Shown one piece after another: positions 50,211 through 59,094 of a stretch of DNA of 59,094 bases. Every line of letters starts with the position of its first letter. Positions within the stretch are counted from its first letter, which is position 1. The position numbers were made by a program, and so were the translations under genes. The notes beneath the pieces were generated by a model. That model had not been told where the DNA came from. It worked only from the letters and a program-made list of their open reading frames with translations, and made no database searches. The stretch lies in the sequence record SRR20825019_1943; one strand, written 5' to 3'.

Positions 50211-51587
50211 TTATCCTCCTTGTTTTGTGGTCGTTGCCGGGCCTGAAGTGCCTCCGGCGATCATCTGTCGCCGCGCGGCACGTTCCTGCCGGTACAGGGC
50301 CTCAGCTCTCTTTTCGGTGTGTTCGGGTAGCGACAGAACCATATCCACCATCAGTTCTTTGGCACGCTCAACGCCGCCCTCCACTGCCAGCAACGCGAAA
50401 CTCCAGGCATAAACACGGTTCACCTCGATGCCTTTTGCTTCCCAGTAAAGCTCGGCAAGGGCGTAATCCGCCTTTGGAAAGCCTCGGCGTGCCGCCGTCA
50501 GAAGATGCTGCTTCGCCTTTTCGGGATCTGGCTCCCCGAGATAGCCACGCTTGTAGATGCGCCCGAGCAGGTATTCCGCCGAGGGGTATTTTTCACGCGC
50601 TTCCATGGCGTACTCGATCGCCTTCTTCGGATCGGTCGGCACAATGCGGCCTCGCTCATAGGCCCGGGCCAGTGACAGCGACGCCTTCAGGTCACCATTG
50701 GCTCGCGCTTCCCGAAGCATCTCGATAACGACCTCCGGTTCAGCGAGGTAGTTGTTCTCCATGATCAACTTGGCGCGCGCCGTCAGGGCGGGCACGTAGT
50801 CGGGCGTCAACATCTGGTAGAGTTCGTTGGTGGCAGCCACCTGTTTTTGCGGGGTTTCGTCGTCCGACAACCACCGCGCGAACAGGTACAGATCGCGATC
50901 TTCAATACTGCCCTGCTCCCAGGCCTGCTTGGCCCGGTCAACAAGTGCCTTCAGATCCTCACTCCGGCCATCAACCAGATACACTCTGGCGAGCAGTTGG
51001 AAGCATTCGGGCTGGGCCTCGGCAATGGGCGCACATAGGCCTTCAATCTCGTCCGTATGATTCTCGAACTGGCCGGTCAGCAGGTAGTAACGGGCCAGCG
51101 CCACGTCGCCTTTCGGATCTCCGGCGGCGCGGGCCTGCTGAATCAGCTCAAGCGGTTTGCCGTTGGGGAACTCCCGGGGGAAATGGATGTACAGGTTGAT
51201 CAACGGGATCAACGCCGTCTTATCACCTTCCGCAAGCGCTTTGCGCAGGTAACGGGCGCCATTGGCCCGCTGCTCCGGGGTTTCCCCTTCCCGCGCATTC
51301 ATCTTGCCTATCCGGATAGCAGCTCGCTCACTACCCTGCTCCGCGGCCTTCCTGTACCAATCCAGCGCCTTCTGGCGTGCTTCCGGTGTGTCCTGCGCAC
51401 CATAAAGATCCCCCAGCTCCACCTGGGCGTCCGCCAGGCCAAACTTCGCCAGCTTTTCCAACTGCGCCCGGGCCTCCTGAACGTCACCTTCGGCAGCAGC
51501 CTTCTCAGCCCGCTGAATGTCGGGCAGGTTGCCGCAACCAGACAGCACCAGAGTGAACAGACCGGCAATGCACGCTACTCGCTTCAT
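50211..51587 (-). CDS. algK: Alginate biosynthesis TPR/SEL1 lipoprotein AlgK
   Basis: Lipobox LSG-C; LPD, SEL1 repeats, YLLGRIYKRGYLG, LLTAARRG..KADYALAEL. Confidence 0.92.
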   Translation of the reverse strand: MKRVACIAGLFTLVLSGCGNLPDIQRAEKAAAEGDVQEARAQLEKLAKFGLADAQVELGDLYGAQDTPEARQKALDWYRKAAEQGSERAAIRIGKMNAREGETPEQRANGARYLRKALAEGDKTALIPLINLYIHFPREFPNGKPLELIQQARAAGDPKGDVALARYYLLTGQFENHTDEIEGLCAPIAEAQPECFQLLARVYLVDGRSEDLKALVDRAKQAWEQGSIEDRDLYLFARWLSDDETPQKQVAATNELYQMLTPDYVPALTARAKLIMENNYLAEPEVVIEMLREARANGDLKASLSLARAYERGRIVPTDPKKAIEYAMEAREKYPSAEYLLGRIYKRGYLGEPDPEKAKQHLLTAARRGFPKADYALAELYWEAKGIEVNRVYAWSFALLAVEGGVERAKELMVDMVLSLPEHTEKRAEALYRQERAARRQMIAGGTSGPATTTKQGG

Positions 51588-51601
51588 GCTCCGCAACTCC
51601 C

Positions 51602-52783
51602 TCAACCTTCCGAAAACCGTTCAACAACCTTCTGCAGGCTCGGCATCCGGAACTGGTCGACCGTGACACCAATGGGGCGTCCGATTGCTTCAATCGGCAG
51701 CGGTTCGGCGGATTCGATAGACGCACTGATTACGTCAACCAGTCCGCCCTGAGCCTGGGAGTTCACATACAGCGACGTAATGTGCCCGGTCTGTTCCTTG
51801 CCGTTGGGGAGCCGCAATATCACCTGCTGCCCTTCTTCGAGCTTTTCACCCTGGTTAAACGGGAAGTTGGCAACAACGTGGGCGGACGAGTCCATCGGCG
51901 CCATAACCGCAAGCTGCTCACCCTTGCTCATGTACTGGTCTTCAGCCGGCCTCATGTTCACCACCTTGCAGTCACAGGGGCTGGTGATCGTTCCCCGAAC
52001 CCGCTGGTCCAACAGCTCTTCGATCTGGCCGACGCTGTAGTTGCCCTCTCCAACCAGGTCATTCACATAAGACATCATGGGCGCGTCAAAAGTAGCGATA
52101 GCCTCGCCCGCCTTAACCTCCTGCCCAGGCTTGACCAGCGTTGTGACCTTTGCGTCTTTGGGAATCCGCAGGGGAATCTGCTCCGACGCCACCATGGCGG
52201 ACTCCGCCTTGGTTACGAAGTAGATGTCCCACAGCTCGGAGACCACAAAGCTGATCGCAAACAGACCTATCAACATCACGATCAAGCTTCCGACCATGGC
52301 GCGAAGCTTGCCGAAGAATCCAAGGTCATTGCTGCCCTTGCCTTTGCGGGCCTTGGTGAAGTTTTCGCGGGACAGCGTGTTGAGCACATCGCCGGCGGAA
52401 ACCACTTCACCGCTGAGGAATGCGGTAATGAGGTATCTCAGGGCGGAAACCTCCCGGGCTCCCAGATCCTGGAACTCACACCCACAGCGATCATTCATCG
52501 AATCGAAACTGCGCGGGACAAAGTTCACGTCAATGGCAAGATCAAAGCCGTCAACCTTGAACACCAGGCGACCCTTGTAGACCCGGCCCTGGCGAAACGA
52601 CTCCAGGCCCGTGTTGACACTGAACCCGCCGGCCGACAGGTCGGCCACCGGAAAGTTGTGGGTTGAGCCACCAAGGTTTACAAACAGCTTGGCCGGAATT
52701 CTTACCCGGGCATACTGTCGCTGTGCCTCGGATTCATGGACAAACTGCGGTTCAATATCTGCCCTACTTGCTGCCATATTCAT
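51602..52783 (-). CDS. alg44: Alginate co-polymerase Alg44 (PilZ c-di-GMP receptor)
   Basis: VHESEAQRQYARV (RxxxR), DLSAGG (DxSxxG), LSRENFTKARK, ITSPCDC. Confidence 0.94.
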   Translation of the reverse strand: MNMAASRADIEPQFVHESEAQRQYARVRIPAKLFVNLGGSTHNFPVADLSAGGFSVNTGLESFRQGRVYKGRLVFKVDGFDLAIDVNFVPRSFDSMNDRCGCEFQDLGAREVSALRYLITAFLSGEVVSAGDVLNTLSRENFTKARKGKGSNDLGFFGKLRAMVGSLIVMLIGLFAISFVVSELWDIYFVTKAESAMVASEQIPLRIPKDAKVTTLVKPGQEVKAGEAIATFDAPMMSYVNDLVGEGNYSVGQIEELLDQRVRGTITSPCDCKVVNMRPAEDQYMSKGEQLAVMAPMDSSAHVVANFPFNQGEKLEEGQQVILRLPNGKEQTGHITSLYVNSQAQGGLVDVISASIESAEPLPIEAIGRPIGVTVDQFRMPSLQKVVERFSEG

Positions 52784-52846
52784 TGCTTTGATCCTTGTGT
52801 GTTGTCCCAACGATGATTGGTGTACATAAGAAAAACTCCCCTTGCG

Positions 52847-54331
52847 CTATACCAGCTTCATCACCACCGCCAGAAAGACACTGCCTGCGGATATCGTCAT
52901 CACTCTTGACGACCAACGGTTCATGCGTTGTTGGAAAGACGCGTTGTTCGCGCTGAACCGGGTTTTCTGGCGTGTCCACGACTGTCGGTCGAGCCGGAAA
53001 AAGACATAGATTTTCACCAGCGAGCCGAAGATCTGGTTGAAATAGAGAATGCACGGATAGGCTGGCCCGACCGAATGTCCGGTAGTGATAAGCAGCAACG
53101 TCAGCACCAAACGGGTAAGCCCGATCCAAAGCAGGTAGGCCACCAGCACAATACCGGAGTACTTGATGGACGCGACGATAGCCGCAGTCAGCCCCAGGAT
53201 GCTGGTCCACATTGAAATGCGCTGGTCATACAGCACGTACCAGGTAAACCATCCAAGGCGCCGGGGGCCAAGCTTGGTAGCCCGTGAATTCTGCCGCAGG
53301 GAGTTGCCATACCAGCGAAACATCAGCTGACGGGCAGAACGGATAAAGCTGGGGTCAGGTGGATGCTCCACTGTGCGAATCGTGGCGTCCGGCACATAGA
53401 AGGTGTCGTACCCCAGGCGCATCATGCTGAACCAGCTGGACTTGTCATCGCCGGTCAGAAAGCGGAATTCACCCAGCCGCCAGTGCTTCAGGGAGTCATA
53501 CTCCACGTCGCTGATGAACTCCGGGCGCGTAACCACGCTGGCCCGGAATACCGACATGCGACCGGTGAGCGTCAAAACCCGATACGACAGCCCCATCGAG
53601 CACATATTCATGTGGCGCTGGGCGAACCTCAGCTTGTGCCATTCAGACATCAGATAGCTGCCGCGCACCTCGCAAAACTCGTTGGTGGTCAGCGCGCCGA
53701 TGTTCGGCATCAACCGGAAGTAAGGGGCGGTTTTACGTACCACTCCGGGTTCCAGCACGGTATCGCCGTCCACCACGGCCACCACGGCATTCTCGTCAGG
53801 CAGATCCCGTGAAATGGCACGAAAGCCGTACGCCAGACCATCCCGCTTACCGGTCCCCGGAATGCGCACAATCTTGAGCCTGATGTGGCTGGGTGGGTCA
53901 AGCTTCCGCCACATTGCCCGCATGAGCATTTCATCGGAAAGCTCCACCACCGATGCCACCACCGTTGTCGGCCAACCACACTCAACCGCTTCGCGGATAA
54001 TAGAGTTGTAAACCATGGCCGTGGTGTCGGCATCGATACGGAAACTGGTCACCATCAGATAGACATGGGACGGAGCGGCGTCTTCGCCCAACGCCTTTGC
54101 CCGGCGCCGAATCTTGGGGAATGCCCATTTAAGGAAATACATCGCACGCAAAAAGTGGATAAACCCAACGGAGTACCGCCAGATACCAATCACCCCGATG
54201 ACCAGGAGGAAGTGGGCGCCGCCCCTCACCGTATAGGTAGTGGGCAAAGAGATCGCCAACGCCCCGAGTACGGAGAGAAAAAGCAGCCAACCGCCTGTTC
54301 TGGACACTATGTTGTCTGAGATATAAGACAT
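52847..54331 (-). CDS. alg8: Mannuronan synthase Alg8 (GT2)
   Basis: [42 protein letters not shown]. Confidence 0.95.
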   Translation of the reverse strand: MSYISDNIVSRTGGWLLFLSVLGALAISLPTTYTVRGGAHFLLVIGVIGIWRYSVGFIHFLRAMYFLKWAFPKIRRRAKALGEDAAPSHVYLMVTSFRIDADTTAMVYNSIIREAVECGWPTTVVASVVELSDEMLMRAMWRKLDPPSHIRLKIVRIPGTGKRDGLAYGFRAISRDLPDENAVVAVVDGDTVLEPGVVRKTAPYFRLMPNIGALTTNEFCEVRGSYLMSEWHKLRFAQRHMNMCSMGLSYRVLTLTGRMSVFRASVVTRPEFISDVEYDSLKHWRLGEFRFLTGDDKSSWFSMMRLGYDTFYVPDATIRTVEHPPDPSFIRSARQLMFRWYGNSLRQNSRATKLGPRRLGWFTWYVLYDQRISMWTSILGLTAAIVASIKYSGIVLVAYLLWIGLTRLVLTLLLITTGHSVGPAYPCILYFNQIFGSLVKIYVFFRLDRQSWTRQKTRFSANNASFQQRMNRWSSRVMTISAGSVFLAVVMKLV

Positions 54332-54424
54332 GCCGTCCGTTCCTGAAATAACATTCCGTGCGTTTTCTGAGCGTGACGCCCCGCCCCACCAGGGCACCAG
54401 GACGTCACGCATGGGGGTGAAGAC

Positions 54425-55735
54425 TTACCAGCAGATGCCTTCCAGCACCTCGGTACTTGTGGTCTTCATGAAGCCCACAAGGTCAATCACCCGCTTGCCC
54501 TCAGGCACTTCCGAAATCACCGTTTCGAACAGCTCGTCGTTGTTGCCGACCACGATCACGTCCGCGTGATCAATCACGCCACGCAGGTCGCTGTGCATCA
54601 GGTTCGAGAGGTGCGGAATCTTCTGGTTGATGTATTCACGGTTGGCGCCGTGGGTGCGGGCGTAATCCACATTGCGGTCGAAGATCTGCAGGTCATACCC
54701 CTTGCCAATCAGCATCTCGGCCAGCTCCACCAGCGGGCTTTCCCGCAGATCGTCGGTGTTGGACTTGAAGCTCAGGCCGAGCATGCTCACCTTGCGGCAG
54801 CCATAGCCGGTGAGGATCTTGAAGGCATGAGCAACCTGCTCATTGTTGCTGCTCATGATCGAACTCAGCAGCGGGTGCTTCACGTCCATCTGATTGGCCC
54901 GATAGGTCAGTGCCCGCACGTCTTTGGGCAGGCAGGAACCACCGAAGGCGAAGCCCGGGCGCATGTAATAACGTGAAATGTTCAGCTTCTTGTCCTGGCA
55001 GACAACGTCCATGACGTCCCGGCCGTCCACGCCCATCGACTTGGCAATATTGCCGATCTCGTTGGCGAAGCTGACTTTGGTCGCGTGCCAGATGTTGCAG
55101 GTGTACTTGATCATCTCAGCCACTTCGATGGGCTTACGGATGATGGGGGCATCAAGGTCCTGGTATATCCGCGCCAGGAACTCGCCGGAGCGTTCGTCGA
55201 GCTCACCAATGACCGTCATCGGAGGGTGGTCATAATCCTTGATCGCCGTGCTTTCCCGCAGGAACTCCGGGTTCACACACACCCCAAAATCAACGCCGGC
55301 GCGTTTGCCGGACGCTTTCTCCAAAGCCGGGATGACCACCTCACGAACCGTTCCGGGCAGCACCGTGCTACGCACCGCTACCAGGTGCCAGTCGCCCTTG
55401 TCCTTCAGGGCATTACCGATATCGCCGCACACTTTCTCGACAAACTGCAGATCAAGATCGCCATTCGGCTTGCTGGGCGTGCCCACGCAGATCATCGACA
55501 GCTCACTCTCCTGGACCGCGATGTGCCCGTCGGTAACGCCGTTGATGAATCCGTTCTCGCGCCCGCTCCGGAGCAGCTCCTCCAGCCCCGGCTCCACAAT
55601 GGGAGACCTGCCGCTGTTGATCAGATCAATTTTGATGGGCGACACATCCACACCGACCACGTGATGCCCCCGCTGGGCCAGACTGGCGGTACACACCGCC
55701 CCGACATAACCCAAACCAAAAATACTGACTCGCAT
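54425..55735 (-). CDS. algD: GDP-mannose 6-dehydrogenase
   Basis: MRVSIFGLGYVGAVC, CVGTPS, NPEFLRES, FGGSCLPKD, DDLRESP, C-terminal EGICW; RBS aagga. Confidence 0.96.
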   Translation of the reverse strand: MRVSIFGLGYVGAVCTASLAQRGHHVVGVDVSPIKIDLINSGRSPIVEPGLEELLRSGRENGFINGVTDGHIAVQESELSMICVGTPSKPNGDLDLQFVEKVCGDIGNALKDKGDWHLVAVRSTVLPGTVREVVIPALEKASGKRAGVDFGVCVNPEFLRESTAIKDYDHPPMTVIGELDERSGEFLARIYQDLDAPIIRKPIEVAEMIKYTCNIWHATKVSFANEIGNIAKSMGVDGRDVMDVVCQDKKLNISRYYMRPGFAFGGSCLPKDVRALTYRANQMDVKHPLLSSIMSSNNEQVAHAFKILTGYGCRKVSMLGLSFKSNTDDLRESPLVELAEMLIGKGYDLQIFDRNVDYARTHGANREYINQKIPHLSNLMHSDLRGVIDHADVIVVGNNDELFETVISEVPEGKRVIDLVGFMKTTSTEVLEGICW

Positions 55736-55839
55736 ATCCTTTACTCCCCTGACTGTCATCCAGCGACTCCCACCCGGGAGCCGCCATGAATCCAACGACT
55801 GACTACTGGTTGACTGATGACACTCAAAAGGCTCGGTAC

Positions 55840-55867
55840 AGCGACCCCGAAATCGGAAAAGAGGTTC
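55840..55867 (-). promoter_or_regulatory. Putative sigmaE/AlgU promoter for algD
   Basis: Minus strand GAACCT-N16-GTCGCT, about 105 nt upstream of the algD ATG; -10 match is imperfect. Confidence 0.45.
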
Positions 55868-55873
55868 TTTTTT

Positions 55874-55900
55874 GAACTTTTCCCCGCGACCGGTGTCTGA
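55874..55900 (+). promoter_or_regulatory. Consensus sigmaE/AlgU promoter facing away from algD
   Basis: GAACTT-N16-TCTGA, an exact match to the RpoE/AlgU consensus. Confidence 0.65.
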
Positions 55901-56370
55901 TTACGAACAGGCACGCTCAACAGAAAACGTTGCCCTGATGCGCCTTTTGAGTATCCAGTTTGAGTTGGGGGAACACGAAGACGGACAAATCACCGGCAAG
56001 CGATCTACGTCGTCCACAGCGTTCCAACAGCCAGAAAACTATCGTAACGAAACGTTAAATGCCTGTTACGAAAAGATAATTTCAACTATAGGCAAGAGAT
56101 ACATGTCTTGATTTTTGGTGTGCACAATTGGAATACAGGAAAGACCTAGTCGCCTGACAACGCAGAAGAAATGAAAAAGGAAATCATCAGAGCATGCACC
56201 GATAAGGTACATATGAGAGAAAGGAGTGCGCTTTTCTATTTCGTAATCGCAAAAAAATAAAAATCGATATTATAAAATCGAATCAAACGCGATTTTTTCG
56301 TATGGAACCCATTTGAATCTTTCGTCGTTATACAGGGTCGTATCGAGAAAAATACCGCTCAAAGACAGTG

Positions 56371-56394
56371 AAACTCAGCCGATCACCGACTGAG
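56371..56394 (-). terminator. Putative terminator after the SDR gene
   Basis: Minus strand ctcagtcgg-tga-tcggctgag stem (G-U pairs) followed by tttc. Confidence 0.45.
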
Positions 56395-56448
56395 CCCCAC
56401 CCCTGAACCCCACCAAAGAGGTGAGATTCGTGTTAACGCGCAGCTGCT

Positions 56449-57213
56449 TTATTTAGGCGCCATGCGCAGTGCACAGTCCAGGCGGATAACCTCCCCGTTG
56501 AGGATCGGGTTGCGCACCATTTGATCTACCAACATGCCAAACTCTTCAGCCTTGCCCAATCGCTTGGGGAAAGGCAGCGTGGCCGCGAGACTGTCCTGCA
56601 CTTCCTGTGGCATGCCCGCCATCATTGGCGTCATAAAGATTCCCGGAGCAATGGTGTTGACCCGAATACCTTCCCGGGCAAGCTCGCGGGCGGCCTGAAG
56701 GGTCAGCGATACCACGCCACCCTTTGACGCACTGTAGGCTGCCTGGCCAATCTGGCCCTCGTAAGCCGCCACAGACGCCGTGTTGATAATCACACCCCGT
56801 TCGCCATCCGCATTGGGCTCCCGCTGGGCCATATCGGCCGCAGCAAGCCGCAGAATATTGAAGGAGCCAATCAGGTTGACCTGAACCACCTTGCTGAATG
56901 CCTCAAGCGGCATCACACCGTCCCGGCCCAGGATCTTTGCGGCCGGAGCAATACCCGCGCAGCTGACGGCCACGCCGCAGGGCCCATGCGCCTTACGGGC
57001 TTCGCTGAACGCAGCTTCCGCACTGTCAGAAGACGTCACGTCGCAGTAAATAAAGACGCCCCCAATGTCTTCCGCCACTTTTCTACCCTGCTCCTCCTGA
57101 ACATCCAGAATCGCCACACGGCACCCAGCTGCCGCCAGGGCACGCGCTGAGCCCTCGCCCAAGCCGGATGCACCGCCTGTTACAATCGCTGCCACATTTT
57201 TGAATTCCATCAT
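56449..57213 (-). CDS. 3-hydroxyacyl-CoA dehydrogenase type 2 (HSD10-like SDR)
   Basis: [50 protein letters not shown]; start 57213 or 57210. Confidence 0.93.
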   Translation of the reverse strand: MMEFKNVAAIVTGGASGLGEGSARALAAAGCRVAILDVQEEQGRKVAEDIGGVFIYCDVTSSDSAEAAFSEARKAHGPCGVAVSCAGIAPAAKILGRDGVMPLEAFSKVVQVNLIGSFNILRLAAADMAQREPNADGERGVIINTASVAAYEGQIGQAAYSASKGGVVSLTLQAARELAREGIRVNTIAPGIFMTPMMAGMPQEVQDSLAATLPFPKRLGKAEEFGMLVDQMVRNPILNGEVIRLDCALRMAPK

Positions 57214-57262
57214 TCACTCCTGTTTCACATATCTGTTGGTTGAAATCGGGCCTTAAAAATAC

Positions 57263-57278
57263 TTTACGTTTACGTAAA
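57263..57278. promoter_or_regulatory. LiuR operator
   Basis: Palindrome TTTACGT-TT-ACGTAAA matches the LiuR consensus TTTACGTwwACGTAAA, directly upstream of liuR. Confidence 0.85.
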
Positions 57279-57312
57279 CTTTATCTAACCTAAGTCTAAA
57301 AAGGAAATCTCT

Positions 57313-57759
57313 ATGGACATCAAGAAAACTTACAGCATCAGCGAGCTGGCCAAAGAGTTCGACGTGACGACACGAAGCGTACGCTTCTACGAAGATCAGG
57401 GTCTACTGCACCCCACCCGGCGCGGCCAGACCCGGATCTTCAGCTCGAAGGACCGGGTGCGGCTGAAGCTGATCCTCCGGGGCAAACGCATGGGCTTTTC
57501 CCTGGCGGAAACCAAGGAGCTTTTTGACCTGTGGGACGAAACCCTCAGCGGCAACGAAAAACAGCTCCTGCTGATGCTGGACACCCTGGCCCGCAAACGG
57601 GCGCAACTGGAGCAACAGAAAAACGACATTGCCCAGGCAGAAATGGAAATGGACACCGCAGAAGCAAGATGCCGCGAGGCGCTTGCTGACCTGCAACAAC
57701 GAAAGCGTAAACAGACAAAGGCCACCACCAAAGAGCCTGAGTCCACCGAGCAGAAATAA
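57313..57759 (+). CDS. liuR: MerR family regulator LiuR
   Basis: YSISELAKEFDVTTRSVRFYEDQGLL.P.RRGQTRI, DRVRLKLILRGKRMGFSL; upstream of the isovaleryl-CoA dehydrogenase. Confidence 0.92.
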   Translation: MDIKKTYSISELAKEFDVTTRSVRFYEDQGLLHPTRRGQTRIFSSKDRVRLKLILRGKRMGFSLAETKELFDLWDETLSGNEKQLLLMLDTLARKRAQLEQQKNDIAQAEMEMDTAEARCREALADLQQRKRKQTKATTKEPESTEQK

Positions 57760-57784
57760 CAGCAAGATCAAAAGGTAGCCAACC

Positions 57785-58951
57785 ATGAAATCACAATACT
57801 CAGAGTTCAACTTCGGCCTCGGCGAGACCCTGGACATGCTGCGCGAGCAGATCAACGGCTTTGCCGCCAGTGAAATCGCCCCCCGCGCCGAAGCCATCGA
57901 CCATGACAACCTGTTCCCCAACGACCTGTGGAAAAAGTTCGGTGACATGGGCCTGCTGGGTATTACCGTTGACGAAGCCTACGGCGGCTCCGGCATGGGC
58001 TACCTCGCACACGTCATCGCCATGGAAGAAATAAGCCGCGCCTCGGCCTCCGTGGGACTCTCTTACGGCGCGCACTCCAACCTGTGCGTCAACCAGATCA
58101 ACCGCAACGGCTCCGACGAGCAGAAAGCAAAGTACCTGCCCAAGCTCATCAGCGGTGAACACATCGGCGCCCTGGCCATGTCCGAACCCAACGCCGGTTC
58201 CGACGTCGTCTCGATGAAACTCAGCGCCAAAGACGCCGGCGACCACTATGTGCTCAACGGCAGCAAAATGTGGATCACCAACGGCCCCGACGCCCACGTC
58301 TATGTGATCTACGCCAAAACCGATCCGTCTGCCGGCCCGCGCGGCATCACCGCCTTCATTGTGGAACGCGACACCCCGGGATTCAGCCAGGCCCAGAAGC
58401 TCGACAAACTCGGCATGCGCGGCTCCAACACCTGTGAGCTGGTGTTCGAAGACGCCAAGGTACCCAAGGAAAACGTCATGGGCGGCGAAGGCAACGGCGC
58501 CAAAGTCCTCATGAGCGGCCTCGACTACGAACGCCTCGTCCTCTCCGGCGGCCCGCTGGGCATCATGCAAGCCGCCATGGACGTGGTCGTACCCTACATC
58601 CGCGAGCGCAAACAGTTCGGCCAGGCCATCGGTGAATTCGAGCTGGTCCAGGGCAAAGTGGCTGACATGTACACCTGGATGAACACCGCCAAATCCTACG
58701 TCTACATGGTCGCCATGTCCGCCGACCGCGGCAACACCACCCGCAAAGACGCCGCCGGCGCGATCCTCTACTCCGCCGAAATGGCCACCAAGCTGGCCCT
58801 CGACGCCATCCAGTTGCTGGGCGGTAACGGCTACATCAACGAGTACCCGACAGGCCGTTTGCTGCGGGACGCCAAGTTGTATGAAATCGGCGCTGGCACG
58901 TCCGAAATCCGCCGGATGCTGATCGGTCGTGAGCTGTATCTGAACAACTGA
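57785..58951 (+). CDS. liuA: Isovaleryl-CoA dehydrogenase
   Basis: [66 protein letters not shown]. Confidence 0.95.
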   Translation: MKSQYSEFNFGLGETLDMLREQINGFAASEIAPRAEAIDHDNLFPNDLWKKFGDMGLLGITVDEAYGGSGMGYLAHVIAMEEISRASASVGLSYGAHSNLCVNQINRNGSDEQKAKYLPKLISGEHIGALAMSEPNAGSDVVSMKLSAKDAGDHYVLNGSKMWITNGPDAHVYVIYAKTDPSAGPRGITAFIVERDTPGFSQAQKLDKLGMRGSNTCELVFEDAKVPKENVMGGEGNGAKVLMSGLDYERLVLSGGPLGIMQAAMDVVVPYIRERKQFGQAIGEFELVQGKVADMYTWMNTAKSYVYMVAMSADRGNTTRKDAAGAILYSAEMATKLALDAIQLLGGNGYINEYPTGRLLRDAKLYEIGAGTSEIRRMLIGRELYLNN

Positions 58952-59010
58952 TAAAGCAGCTCAAAGCCACTGGCTCTTATAGTTTTAAAGAGGCCAGCAC
59001 CCAAAGTATG

Positions 59011-59094
59011 ACGAGGGACTGGCGGGGTGTCTTTCCGGGAATGTCTCCGGCCATGGATGGCCGGAGTCAAGCGCACATGGATGTGCTCGTAGCG
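59011..59094. repeat. Palindromic intergenic repeat element (REP/MITE-like), truncated at window end
   Basis: Two hairpins sharing a CATGGATG core: ctccggccat-gg-atggccggag (59045-59066) and gcacat-gg-atgtgc (59073-59086). Confidence 0.55.

Noticed and set aside
55872-56111. 79-aa ORF with TTG start upstream of algD
   Set aside because: Start overlaps the sigmaE -35 element, no RBS, no motifs; not called as a CDS
1-59094. CRISPR arrays, tRNA/rRNA genes, transposases, integrases, prophage genes
   Set aside because: No spaced direct repeats or characteristic motifs seen; nearly all sequence is accounted for by metabolic genes

Overview
Chromosomal window from a marine gammaproteobacterium, most like Marinobacter (inferred from gene content and protein style). 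From left to right it holds: (1) the end of a purine-catabolism cluster (xdhC, 8-oxoguanine-deaminase-like amidohydrolase, NCS2 permease, glcG-like gene) followed by an McpH-like dCache chemoreceptor and an orphan periplasmic binding protein; (2) a soluble PAS-PAS chemoreceptor; (3) a complete 2-furoate catabolic cluster (hmfABCDE, BenE-family transporter, AraC regulator, divergent xdhC); (4) a LysR/DUF1127 pair; (5) a liv-type ABC transporter operon ending in an acyl-CoA ligase, with a divergent enoyl-CoA hydratase; (6) an Nmad3-like gene coupled to an NAD(P)-binding protein, then mscS, cheV, a DUF4864-like gene and an AraC regulator; (7) thiolase, acyl-CoA dehydrogenase and acyl-CoA synthetase genes; (8) a complete but rearranged alginate operon (algD-8-44-K-E-G-I-J-F-X-L-A plus manB) with back-to-back sigmaE-type promoter elements upstream of algD; (9) an HSD10-like SDR divergent from liuR-liuA, with a LiuR box between them; and (10) a truncated palindromic repeat element at the right edge. 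No rRNA, tRNA, CRISPR array, transposase or integrase was recognised. Family calls come from motifs and remembered homologues, not database searches.
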